Positions 1-9,630 are shown, numbered from the stretch's first letter. The stretch: 23,273 nt of DNA from an uncultured delta proteobacterium (GCA_963802945.1 CAWDKY010000051.1:1-23273); one strand, 5' to 3'. Numbers and translations are program-made. The notes: generated from the letters alone by a model not told the origin.

Positions 1-207
1 CTAGTCGGTGAAACACTAATTTGTGAGCTACTAAATGAGACCTTACCAGGCCTGCAGAAACATTAAGAGCATAGCCCCGTCAGCCTGCTGTCTGGGTTAA
101 GACCAACATCATACTTCCTTAGGGGCTTTAGTTCTTAGTAAAGAAGTCTTTGATTTAGGTTCGTTTTCCAATTTATTCTCCGCTTGAATCAGTGTGATTC
201 CGATTAC

Positions 208-522
208 TTATGAGTCTTGTTGTACTCGCTTAGCTTTCAAGGGTTTATTCGAATATGGAAATTCATGCTTGCAACGAAAGCATTCGTATGGCTGAGCATA
301 TTTATTATAAAAAAGTGATTTCTTGTTTATATGTTCCGGACCACAATCAGGACACCATGACAAAAGTGGTGGTTCTGCTGCCCAATCGGCTGCTCTTGAT
401 TGTCTTAACTCACCCGTGTTGCTTCGTAAAATGATTTCATCCTTAAGTATCTTTTTCACTTCACCAGCAGTTCCTTCAATTAACTCCACCCTAACTAATG
501 TCTTAGCATGACCAGCATCCAA
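208..522 (-). CDS. Hypothetical protein with C-terminal Zn-ribbon-like motif
   Basis: Intact 104-aa ORF with WCPDCG...YECFRCKHEF (two CxxC). The TTG start is uncertain and I recognise no family. Confidence 0.5.
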   Translation of the reverse strand: MDAGHAKTLVRVELIEGTAGEVKKILKDEIILRSNTGELRQSRAADWAAEPPLLSWCPDCGPEHINKKSLFYNKYAQPYECFRCKHEFPYSNKPLKAKRVQQDS

Positions 523-799
523 CAGTGTAACTTAAATACCGAGATCCACTTCATTGCCTTTTATGGGTGGGTACGCCCACTAGCCATTGATAGTACGGGG
601 TTCTGAGTCTTTCGCCAATTTGCAGGTTACAAAATCAACGAATTACGCATCACTTTCAGTGGTTTTGGTTTTGCTGATTAGGAACAAGTCTCGCCGGGAT
701 ACTGTGGTTGTCCCTTATTGCAAAGTTGGACCATTATTGCGTCCTCGGTATATGCGACGTCTTTGGACTTCAGGCATCAGAATATGACTCCAAAGTTCC

Positions 800-1448
800 A
801 CCATCTTGATAGAGGTAATCGTTTATGGTAAAACTATTTTCATCCCTGGAATTGGGTAAGGCGATCGATTGCCGGCCCACATTTCCGGCTTTGATGTTCA
901 GATGGTTTTTGCCGAGGAGACTACTGCAAAGGTTCTGCCACATCAGCCAGACCAGTCCATTGGTGTTGGTAATTTCGGCTTCGTTGGTAAAGGCAGAGAT
1001 TAGTGAAAAAGAGAGGTGTGGATGTCCTTCCCTACGTTACCTGCCGCAAGCAGGTCTATCTCTCCGGGAAGTCGAAGTCGGTATTATTGGTATGGTTCCG
1101 GTTAGCGCTACCGGTATTGACATTCACGGCTCCGGTGGTCCGAATTGAAAGAGGAGGCGTCCCGGGGATGTCGGAAAAACAGGGTAGAATTGGGGAATAC
1201 TTTTTTGTAGGGCTCGGCCCCCATGCTGACCGGCTGGTCCTTGACATAGAGTTCATCGGTATCGGGAACTTATAGCCGTTCAATCTGAAAGGCTCCCCAA
1301 GGCGGATAGTTTCGGAAAGACGGTATGGCAGGTCGTACAGGTGGAATTTTGTATTTCCTGGCAAACGCAGGAATAGCCAACGCATCTTTAAGGGAAAGTG
1401 AGACAAGAAAGACAGCCAGAAAGATGCTCCTAATACATACCTTTTCAT
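800..1448 (-). CDS. Secreted monoheme cytochrome c / outer-membrane porin-type protein (frameshifted, 3' part not recognisable)
   Basis: RBS GAAGGAGG before ATG 1448. Joining frames gives a signal peptide, then ALA-IPAFARKYK-x-STCTTCHTVFPKLSALGEPFRLNGYKFP. The CxxCH motif is at 1339-1325, in a frame missing from the ORF track. Readable through LLGKNHLNIKAGNVG...FTINDYLYQD at ~800. Confidence 0.75.
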
Positions 1449-2058
1449 TGTAGCCCTCCTTCATTATATAAAGGGATAGTGCATACTATCGGTCAAATTT
1501 CCATTACATCTCCCGATCTGGGCGTTTTTGGGGTATATCCAAAATAGTGTGTGTTATTCTTAGAGTATTCACCTCATTGCGTAATTCCGGCTGGCTGATG
1601 TTATTCTTTCTAAAAGTGAGGCGACAGGAACACCCTCCCTGCGCATCAGGTAGCTATTTTAATTACGAGAGAGTATAAGATTAAGAATTTTCTCATGAAC
1701 TATTGGTAAATGTTACAGGAATGGAAAAATAAAGTGTCAAGAAAAAAATTAAAAAGGGAGAATATCATTAAAAGACACAACCCGCAAATTGATAAAAAGT
1801 TGGTTTTTGATGAGTTGAGTAGAAAAAAGAAACAAAAGACAAGATTTCCATAAAAAATGGGAAACATTAGTAAATACAGTAATATCAATTAGTAATAATG
1901 CCAGGGAGGGAAATATTAACCTAATAAATAGAGAAAGTGAACTGGGGACACCCATTCTCAAAAATTTGGGGGAAATTTTTTCCTTTTCAGGGCTTGTGGG
2001 ATTTTCTCAAAAGGCCTTGTAAATGCAGAAAATTGCAACTCCTGATCCTAATAAAAAG

Positions 2059-2148
2059 GAAGCTGGGAGGAAGTAGTTGTCTATCTGAAGTTCGAGGGAT
2101 TTGGGTTTAGGTGGGGGGCACTGGTTGGTTTGCCATAAACCCAGAGGT
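2059..2148. repeat. ~90-bp dispersed direct repeat, copy 1
   Basis: gaagctgg...gtctatctgaagttcgag...gtttaggtggggggcactggttggtttgccataaacccag aligns by eye with 3620-3707. Confidence 0.85.
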
Positions 2149-2179
2149 TAGCATTAGAGAGAAGCAAGGTAATTTACCC

Positions 2180-2404
2180 TTATTTTTGACATAGGCATGG
2201 AAGGTTCCCTTTTTCTTCTTCCACGCCAAGGCACTCATGGCCTGTTTGCTTGCACCAGTTTGGCATATCCTGCTTTATCCCTTCATCATCGGCCAGCACT
2301 TCCAGGACCTGTCCTGGTCTTTAATCCTTTAATTTTTCGGGCCGTCTTCACTATGGGCATGGGGCAGTAAAGCCCCACACAATCCAGTGTTCATCTGCTT
2401 TCAT
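2180..2404 (-). CDS. tusA: TusA/SirA-family sulfur carrier protein (frameshifted; absent from ORF track)
   Basis: RBS AAGGAG. Reconstructs as MKADE-LDCVGLYCPMPIVKTARKIK..GQVLEVLADDEGIKQDMPNWCKQTGHECLGVEEEK-TFHAYVK, with the CPxP motif. Confidence 0.88.
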
Positions 2405-2414
2405 TATCACTCCT

Positions 2415-2897
2415 TTATATAAACAGATTGATCTTGCTGTCCCTGGCAGCAGCCAGATAGGTGGCTACACCGGCAAAATGTTCCACCTCCGGGATAAAAG
2501 CCTCATGGCCGATTCCCATCATCCCCATGGACGTGGTACAGGCAATAAACTTAACGCCGAACTCTTGGGCTATCTTGATCTGCTCTTCCACCTGGGGAAA
2601 CTTGATATCCTGCATGAGTTTCTGCATCATCCACTTGCCCATACCCAGCATGTGAAATTTGGATAAGGGCAATCTTTTGGAGCCGCCACGGTTCATGGTA
2701 TTGAGCATTTTTCTCATTATCCCTTTGCTCTTAATCCGGCCTTCATTCTTCTTGATGAGGTTAAGTCCCCAGAAGGTAAAGAACATGGTTACTTCCATTC
2801 CGGATGCCGCCCCGCCGATAGCCAGGTTAAAAGCGGCCAGGGCTTTATCCATCTCCCCGCTGAAGACGATAATGGTCATCTTGTCCTGTTCGGCCAT
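2415..2897 (-). CDS. DsrE/DsrF/DrsH-like family protein (DsrE2 type)
   Basis: IIVFSGEMDKALAAF, VTMFFTFWGL, FIACTTSMGMMGI, AGVATYL..A..S.INLFI; intact 160 aa with RBS AAGGAGG. Confidence 0.92.
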   Translation of the reverse strand: MAEQDKMTIIVFSGEMDKALAAFNLAIGGAASGMEVTMFFTFWGLNLIKKNEGRIKSKGIMRKMLNTMNRGGSKRLPLSKFHMLGMGKWMMQKLMQDIKFPQVEEQIKIAQEFGVKFIACTTSMGMMGIGHEAFIPEVEHFAGVATYLAAARDSKINLFI

Positions 2898-2955
2898 TTG
2901 CTCCTCCTTACCAGATTTTGGTATTTTCTATCAGGCTCTGATCCTTCCCCTTAAG

Positions 2956-3138
2956 TTATTCCTCCTAATGGATACAGGAGACCGGGCAGGTATCTATGGC
3001 CTCCTGGTGAGCCTTTTTCATTCCTCCTTCCGGTAGGATAAGCCTCAGACTTTTCCGTTTCTTCGTTCATCCGAAAAACTCGGGCAAAGTTCTGCGCAAC
3101 TCCGCATCAATCACTTCTTCGTCTCTGATTACTTTCAA
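2956..3138 (-). CDS. Single-cluster 4Fe-4S ferredoxin (error-ridden; absent from ORF track)
   Basis: RBS AAGGAGG before TTG 3138. Remnants of CxxCxxCxxxCP (tgc gca gaa ctt tgc ccg gag = CAELCPE) and C-terminal QEAIDTCPVSCIH(*)EE; a TAG sits where Trp is usual. Confidence 0.75.
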
Positions 3139-3247
3139 TCGGTCCTCCTTTTCTGCTTTTTTATGACTTGATTTTGAGAGCATAAAGGAAATGAGTTAGA
3201 ATCAAAGGGCCTTCCTTAATTCTGGGGAAGATTAAGAGAGGATGGCA

Positions 3248-3506
3248 TAGGCATTTATAAGGATAAAAATGATTAAAAACAATAGGATCCGGATTTCCTT
3301 GTTTTAACTCGGTTTCTATCAGCATTGTCCGATCATTTTCTTTGACGTCTCTTCATAATCAGGACGAGCTTCTTCATCTTTTTACCGTCCATGCATATGG
3401 GTTCATTATCATAACACGACAAAATCCTAGAATCATGGGAATGTAATGGCTTATGGCACCGCGGACACTCCGTTAAGCATGTCATCTTGTGTTTCCAATC
3501 ATCCAT
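3248..3506 (-). CDS. Small Cys-rich hypothetical protein (frameshifted; absent from ORF track)
   Basis: RBS AAGGAGG before ATG 3506. Reconstructs as MDDWKHKMTCLTECPRCHKPLHSHDSRILSCYDNEPICMD.KK.EEARPDYEETSKKMIGQC.IETELKQGNPGSYCF.HFYPYKC; 3' end approximate. Confidence 0.7.
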
Positions 3507-3619
3507 TTTTTTATCCTCCTTGTATTCTATGTGATAAGAATTTCCTTTTTGATCGAAAGAGTATAAAACAAGGGAAATACAGGATCAAGAAGAAAAACAG
3601 GGCGGAAGAAAAAGGGAAT

Positions 3620-3707
3620 GAAGCTGGAAATCCGTAGAGTCTATCTGAAGTCCGAGAGTTTTAATGTTTGGGTGGGGGTCTCTGGTTGGTTACCATAAGA
3701 CCAGGGT
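3620..3707. repeat. ~90-bp dispersed direct repeat, copy 2
   Basis: gaagctgg...gtctatctgaagtccgag...gtttgggtgggggtctctggttggttaccataagaccag; same orientation as 2059-2148. Confidence 0.85.
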
Positions 3708-3927
3708 GCAAAAGAATCTTGTTGATTAATTGTTTTGACCGCCACCCTTCCGGGGGAGACCTCTTCGGATTATCAATTGAATCTCTTTAAAAATATGAAA
3801 CTGATCGGTGAATGAACTTCTCGGCCGGTTCGGGTAAATGAACTAAATCAACAGAATCATAACTGGACTACCGTCTTATTCAATTTAACCAAACTTCTTG
3901 AGAACCGGAGATACCCCAGTCCTAACC

Positions 3928-4324
3928 TCATTCAACAAAAAAAGAATTTACTTTTTCCACCAGATCTTTGGGGTTGATGGGTTTTTCAAGAAAACATGCT
4001 CACGGGAATCCAGGAATCATCGAGATCTTGGTCAGAAAATTTACCCATATAAATCCCTCTTTCATTAATGGCCGATAGCATAATAATAGGGATCATGGAG
4101 AACTCTTTGTTGGCTTTAATTTTTCTAGCGATTTCAAATCCTGCCGATGAATCTTCTGGGAACATAACATCAAGGATAATAAGATCCGGTTTGAATTGTT
4201 TTAGATTGCTGTCAATATTGGTTTCATCATACTGAGCGCCAACCTCATAGTTATTTTTTTCCAAAACAATCGATATCGATTCTACGATATCCCTGTCATC
4301 ATCAATAACATATACTTTGTGCAT
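3928..4324 (-). CDS. Single-domain response regulator (receiver only)
   Basis: VYVIDDD, PDLIILDVMFP, IPIIMLSA; after a frameshift near 3990 it continues LEKPINPKDLVEKVNSFFVE*. Confidence 0.92.
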
Positions 4325-4400
4325 AAATACCTCCTGATTAAAAGATTAACCTCTACAGCCATTTCTCTCATCTATATTGTGACAAAATAAATTCTAAAAA

Positions 4401-5568
4401 TCAAATAGACTTATTAAATATAATTGAAAAGGTCGAACCTTCATTGATTTTACTATTTACATTAATATGCGTATGATGGATCTTGGCAATTTGAGAAGCT
4501 ATGGCCAAACCCAGAACCGGTTCCATTGGGCATGAAGCTGACGGCATTGTTCGTTCTGAAATATTCTTCAAAGATCCTGTCCTGAACATCCTCCGCCATG
4601 CCAATCCCTTGATCTCTGATCTCAAAACAAACTCTGTCATTGGCCATTTCGACTAAATCAATATCTATGGTGGTATTGTCTGGGGAATAATTTAAAGCAT
4701 TTTCAATCAATATCGAAAAAAGAGCATTGATTTGTTTTTTATCGCAAAAGACCAGTAAAGGGGCTTCGGGTTTTTGAAAGTTTATCGTGATATTCTTCGA
4801 TTTGGCAACAACGGCAAAATTCCCAATCACGTAAGAAAGGATATCGGAGAGGTCATTACTATCCATAGAAACCTCATCTTTGGAAAAGGTTTTTAATTTA
4901 GCCAGTTCAAGCATTTCATTGATAACGGTGGTGAGCAGTTTGGATCTTGTATTGATCTTTAACAGGATATTTTTGGTTTCTTCATTTATTTCACCGGCAT
5001 ATCCTTCCAGGATAATATCAAGGAAGCTCTGTATCGCGGCAAAAGGAGCTTTCAATTGGTGGGTGGCATGGAGAAGGTATTTTGTTTTTTCTTCACTAAT
5101 TTCTTGCTGTCTTAAATACAACTTGTCAGCAATATCTTTCTCTTTTTGAAGCTCAAGATTGGCGGCTTCCAGTTCTTCGGTTCTTTCTATAATTCTTTTT
5201 TCGAGATTGAGCTTATATGATCTCAGATTCTTGTTCACTTCATCATAGGAGTCAATAAAACTAAATATCGCTTTAGTTCCTTTCGAACCAACCAGACTGG
5301 TTTCAGGAGACTTTTTTTGCTGTAATTCCTGGAAAACAGACTTTCTGCCCGTGGCTTCAAAAATCAATGTAACTTCATGGTCATTGAGGATTGGGTCTAT
5401 ATTCGTTACACATTTGATATTGTGTGAAGCAGCATACATCATCCCCGGTGAATTGGGGTTTACATCACAAACATATTTGATGTTTATATCGGGGATATTT
5501 AAAAGAACTCTTAGAAAAGCCAAGCCTCCTTTGCCTATTCCAACGATGGCGATTCCCTCATTGTCCAT
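4401..5568 (-). CDS. Cytoplasmic histidine kinase with N-terminal Rossmann-like (GxGxGG) domain
   Basis: H-box ATHQLKAPF, N-box LIENALNYS, G1 DQGIGM, G2 GTG-LGLAIASQIAKIH (frameshift ~4515). N-terminus IAIVGIGKGG...VCDVNPNSPG...IFEATG; no transmembrane segment. Confidence 0.92.
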
Positions 5569-5659
5569 AGCAACTCCTTACTTAGAATTTGGCCTTTCTT
5601 TTTCCTGAAAGAAGTCCCTCTTAGTCTAATAAGCCCATTTAAAAATTGCACCTTAAATT

Positions 5660-5692
5660 AAAAAACCCCATCTCTATCTTAAGAAATGGGGT
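5660..5692 (-). terminator. Intrinsic terminator-like hairpin
   Basis: Minus strand accccatttct-taagat-agagatggggt followed by a U-tract. Confidence 0.6.
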
Positions 5693-6034
5693 CTATTTTT
5701 CTTCCATCGACACTCCCTTGGTTAAAGGTTGCCAACAAGAAAACTTGGTTAAATTGCTTTATATTTCCTACTCCTTAATCGGTAAAAAGTCAATAAATTT
5801 CAAGTCCCTTTTTGTTAATTACCGTTTGTACTCTTTTGATTTTTCAAAAATGGCAAATGAACGATTACAGGAAGAAGTTAATGCCGACGACATTGCTTTA
5901 ACTAGCTTTCAATCCAAGCTTCTCTAAACAGGTCTTGGGCCATTTTAATTTCAAGGTTGTCAATCTAATTTGGTGACGACCAAAGCTTTCATCCTGTTGA
6001 TTGTTCAAGATTGATATCCGACTTTGTCAAACTC

Positions 6035-6334
6035 TCACTTAAATTTTGCAGTAGCGTTATCGAAGGCTTTTTTTAATTCGCGCAAAGCATTTTCGACGCC
6101 TTTTTTCAATTCTCCGGATGCAGCGCCGCCTGCTTTCTTTAACTCGTCGAGTTTCTTTCGTGATCCATTCCACTTTGTGCGTAAGGCAGCAACTTCCTGA
6201 TCGAGTTTGACTTTCGTTTCAGCCTTTGTTTTGCCCGCCTTGGCTTTAAATTGTTCAAGATCAATACCCCAATTTTTGAGTTGGGCTTCCAATTTTTTTA
6301 TCTTAATTTGAATTTCTTTCTTTTCCTGTTCCAT
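6035..6334 (-). CDS. Small coiled-coil protein (resembles sll1863-type stress proteins)
   Basis: KLEAQLKNWGIDLEQFKAKA...KLDELKKAGGAASGELKKGVENALRELKKAFDNATAKFK; RBS GAAGGA. Confidence 0.8.
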   Translation of the reverse strand: MEQEKKEIQIKIKKLEAQLKNWGIDLEQFKAKAGKTKAETKVKLDQEVAALRTKWNGSRKKLDELKKAGGAASGELKKGVENALRELKKAFDNATAKFK

Positions 6335-6513
6335 GGGTTCCTTCCGAAAAGCCCAAGAAGGGCGTGGTTTTTGGGGTGAATTTTAATAAAGAGACCTTTG
6401 GATTTTGTATGGTATAACCGGCTAATTTGTCAAGAAATTTATTATCTGAAGGTACCAGAGGCTTTCGGTTATTCCTGTTTTGAAGCTTTTGGGTCAAGGG
6501 TTTCGATTTAAGT

Positions 6514-8309
6514 TTATCTGGTGGTCTTCGTCTTGCGCAGGCGGATGGATAGGGGGGTGACTTCCACCTGTTCGTCGTCATTGATATACTCCATGGCCTG
6601 TTCCAGGGTAAAGCGTCGGGGCGGGACCAGGCGCAAGGCTTCATCCGCATTGGCGGCCCGGATATTGGTCAGTTTTTTTTCTTTGGTGATATTGACCCAC
6701 ATGTCCTCGGGTCGGGAATTTTCCCCCACGATCAGACCGGCGATAGACCGGATCACCGGGATTGACGAAAATAATTCCCCGGGGCTGAAGGTGAAAGATG
6801 GCATAGGCTACGGCCTTGCCCGGCCGGTCGGAAACCAGGACCCCGTTCGGCCGGACGGGAATGGCCCCGGCATAAGGCGTAGTGACCGATGACCAGGGTA
6901 TTGAACAGCCCGGTGCCCCGGGTATCGGTTAAGAAACTGGCTCCTAAGACCGATCAGTCCCCGGGAAGGGATTTCGAATTCCAGACGCACCCGGCCGGAG
7001 CCGTGGTTGATCATCTTGGTCATCCGGCCGCGGCGGGCGCTGAGTTTTTCACTGACTACCCCGACGTAGCTCTTCAGGGATGTCCACCACGGCCAGTTCC
7101 AGCGGTTCCATAAGCTTCCCATCGATTTGTCGGGTGATGATCTTCGGCTTGGAAAGGGAAAGCTCAAAACCTTCCCGGCGCATCATTTCCACCAAGACGG
7201 CCAACTGCAGTTCCCCCGGGCGCTGACTTTAAAAGAATCCCGGTTTTCCGCCTGCTTCCACGCCGATACTGACATTGTAAAGCAGTTCCTTGTCCAGCCG
7301 TTCCTTGATATGCCGGGAGGTCAAGAGACGTCCTTCCTTGCCGGCCAGGGGAGAGGTGTTGACGGAAAAGACCATGGATAGGGTCGGTTCTTCTACGGTA
7401 ATACTCGGCAAGGGTCGGGGATCATCGGGGTCGCCCAGGGTGTCGCCGATAAAAACATCGGCCACTCCGGCCACGGCGGCGATATCCCCGGCCTCAATCA
7501 GATTCCTGCTCCACCCGGTTGAGCCCTTCATAGGTATAAACCTGGCTGAGGATGAGCCTTGCCGGTCATCTCCCCGCCTCTTGAGCAGGGCCACTTCCTG
7601 CCTTAGTTTTAAATGGCCGCTGACTATCTTGCCCACGGCAATCCGGCCCACATAATCGCTGTAATCCAGATTGGTCACCAGGAACTGCAAAGGGGCCTCC
7701 GGGTCACAGGCCGGGGCGGGGATGGCCGCTGAAAATGGCTTCAAAAAGAGGGGTCAGATTTTGTCCCTGGCCTTCGGGATCGGTCAAGGCGATGCCGGCC
7801 CGGGCATTGGTATAAAGAACCGGAAAATCAAGCTGGTCTTCGGTGGCCTCCAGATCGATAAAAAGATCGTAAATTTCATCCAGGACTTCTTTAATACGCC
7901 GATCCGGCCGGTCAATTTTATTGATCACCACGATAGGGGGGAGCCTGCGTTCCAGGGCCTTGCCCAGGACAAACCGGGTCTGGGGCAGGGGCCCTTCCGT
8001 GGCATCCACCAGGAGCATGACCCCATCCACCATATTCAAAGTCCGTTCCACTTCCCCGCCGAAATCGGCATGCCCGGGGGTATCGACGATATTGATCTTG
8101 ACCCCTTGATAGACAATGGCCGTATTTTTGGCCATAATGGTGATGCCTTTTTCCCGTTCCAGATCCATGCTGTCCATGACCCGCTCGACGACCTGCTGGT
8201 TGTCCCGGAAGATGCCGCTCTGCCAGAGCATGGCATCCACCAGAGTGGTCTTGCCGTGATCCACATGGGCAATGATGGCCAAATTTCGTAAATCCTGACG
8301 AGTAGGCAT
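6514..8309 (-). CDS. typA: Translational GTPase TypA/BipA (several frameshifts)
   Basis: [92 protein letters not shown]. Confidence 0.96.
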
Positions 8310-8455
8310 AGGGAAATTATCCTAACATAAAAGACTCTGAAATACTATTTTAATAGAAATTACGCATAAAATTCGATAAGGTCACTACGGAAATTGAAGT
8401 TTAAAAACAAGTGAAATCCGGCGGTGAAACCAGATGGTATCTAGAAGGGCAAATC

Positions 8456-9308
8456 ATGGCTAAAAAATTAATTCTGGCAATTTTATCCGCCTTCATTATT
8501 TATGTCAGTTTTTATTTAATAATCCCCGATGTCTCCAAACTTAAAAAGGAAAACCCCGGGAAGACCTCTTTTATGGAATACCGGGAAAGAGAATGGCAGA
8601 AAACAGGGAGGCAAATTCACATCAGGCAGCAATGGGTCCCATTATCCCGGATTTCTCCCTACTTGATCAAGGCGGTAATCATTGCCGAAGATGATAAATT
8701 CTGGTTTCATGAAGGGTTTGACTTTGAGGCCATACAAAAAGCCATGGAAAAGGGACCTTAAGGCTCGAAAATTTAAGGTCGGGGGGAGCACGATCAGTCA
8801 GCAACTCATAAAGAATCTCTATTTGACCCCTGCCAAGAATCCGTTCCGGAAATTGAAAGAGGCCATATTGACTTGGAGGATCGAAAGGTCTCTGAGTAAA
8901 AAACGAATTATTGAACTCTACCTCAATGTAGTGGAATGGGGGGAAGGGATATTCGGCATTGAGGCTGCTGCCCGCTATTATTATGGAAAATCGGCTGCGG
9001 CCCTCAGTCCGGAAGAGGCGGCCCGACTGGCTGTAATCCTCCCCAATCCTAAAAAATTCAATCCCCTTGGAAATTCCCGTTATGTGGCCAAAAGGGCCGG
9101 TGTCATTTATAACATCATGGTTAAAAGAGGGATCGTCATTCCGGTTTTTGAGGAAGTCATGACCTTGGAAGGAGAGGTTGAACAAGGGAGTAAAGGAGCG
9201 ACCCCTCAAGATTTTAATGAGTACCAGATTTCGACTCTTCCATCTTCTAATTCCTCTTTCGAGATGAAGGAAGAGGATAGAACTAAGACCGTGACGGATG
9301 AGAAGTGA
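8456..9308 (+). CDS. mtgA: Monofunctional peptidoglycan transglycosylase (frameshift ~8755)
   Basis: N-terminal membrane anchor; GT51 motifs AEDDKFWFHEGFD, GGSTISQQLIKN, RKLKE, KKRIIELYLNVVEWG, FGIEAAARYYY. Confidence 0.93.
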
Positions 9309-9452
9309 CGGACGACGAATATTATAAGTAACAGGTAGAAATGCTTTTTATGAATTTATCAATGTCGGATTCCAAAATTTAATATCGAATGAAACCATTT
9401 GAATGGTAAATTGTAAATTTTGGAAAATGAGGAGACAAATTGAACCAATAAT

Positions 9453-9489
9453 AAGGTGGAATTGAATTCCAATTCACCTTTTTTATTTT
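9453..9489 (+). terminator. Intrinsic terminator downstream of mtgA
   Basis: aaggtggaattg-aattc-caattcacctt followed by ttttatttt. Confidence 0.7.
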
Positions 9490-9630
9490 AGGGACCAATG
9501 GATTCCTCCTATTTCGCATATTAATCCCTTGAAAACCAAAATGGACCTGTGCTAAAAGTGGAGAAAATTATTTTTTCCCGTCGCACTGAACGATATTTCC
9601 AAAATGACATCCGGAAAGTAGGAGATGAAA

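Noticed and set aside
523-800. Upstream extension of the Zn-ribbon ORF by stop-codon reassignment
   Set aside because: Four in-frame stops (3 TAA, 1 TAG) in about 90 codons is roughly the random expectation, and neighbouring genes use TAA/TAG as normal stops.
1575-1660. Possible second GEMM-like riboswitch upstream of the cytochrome/porin gene (cctg/cagg stem, 3' agccagccggaattac)
   Set aside because: Lacks the GGCAAACC, GNRA loop and GACGCAAAG core. The region is error-rich, so it could be rechecked after polishing.
1700-1961. Hydrophobic short ORFs in the AT-rich intergenic region
   Set aside because: Low-complexity T-rich translations with no RBS or motif; probably promoter DNA.
2956-3506. 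Selenocysteine/pyrrolysine recoding in the ferredoxin or Cys-rich gene
   Set aside because: The TAG replaces an expected TGG and the apparent TGAs vanish once indels are corrected; sequencing error is the simpler explanation.
3618-3698. 26-aa plus-strand peptide in repeat copy 2 (MKLEIRRVYLKSESFNVWVGVSGWLP)
   Set aside because: Copy 1 has no start codon and indels change the translation, so conservation looks non-coding.
2059-3707. CRISPR array or att sites
   Set aside because: Only two long divergent copies 1.5 kb apart; no spacers, cas genes or integrase in the window.
3648-3760. Moco-riboswitch-like fragments (tccgag, ctgg..ccagggt), and GGCAAACC on the minus strand of repeat copy 1
   Set aside because: Only short matches; the other conserved elements are missing and no plus-strand gene lies downstream.
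7671-8291. Long antisense ORFs over typA, mtgA, lonC, the ligase and corC
   Set aside because: Shadow ORFs of well-supported genes with no recognisable motifs.
6514-8309. Programmed frameshifting or pseudogenisation of typA and other split genes
   Set aside because: Breaks are numerous, window-wide and homopolymer-associated, consistent with sequencing error.
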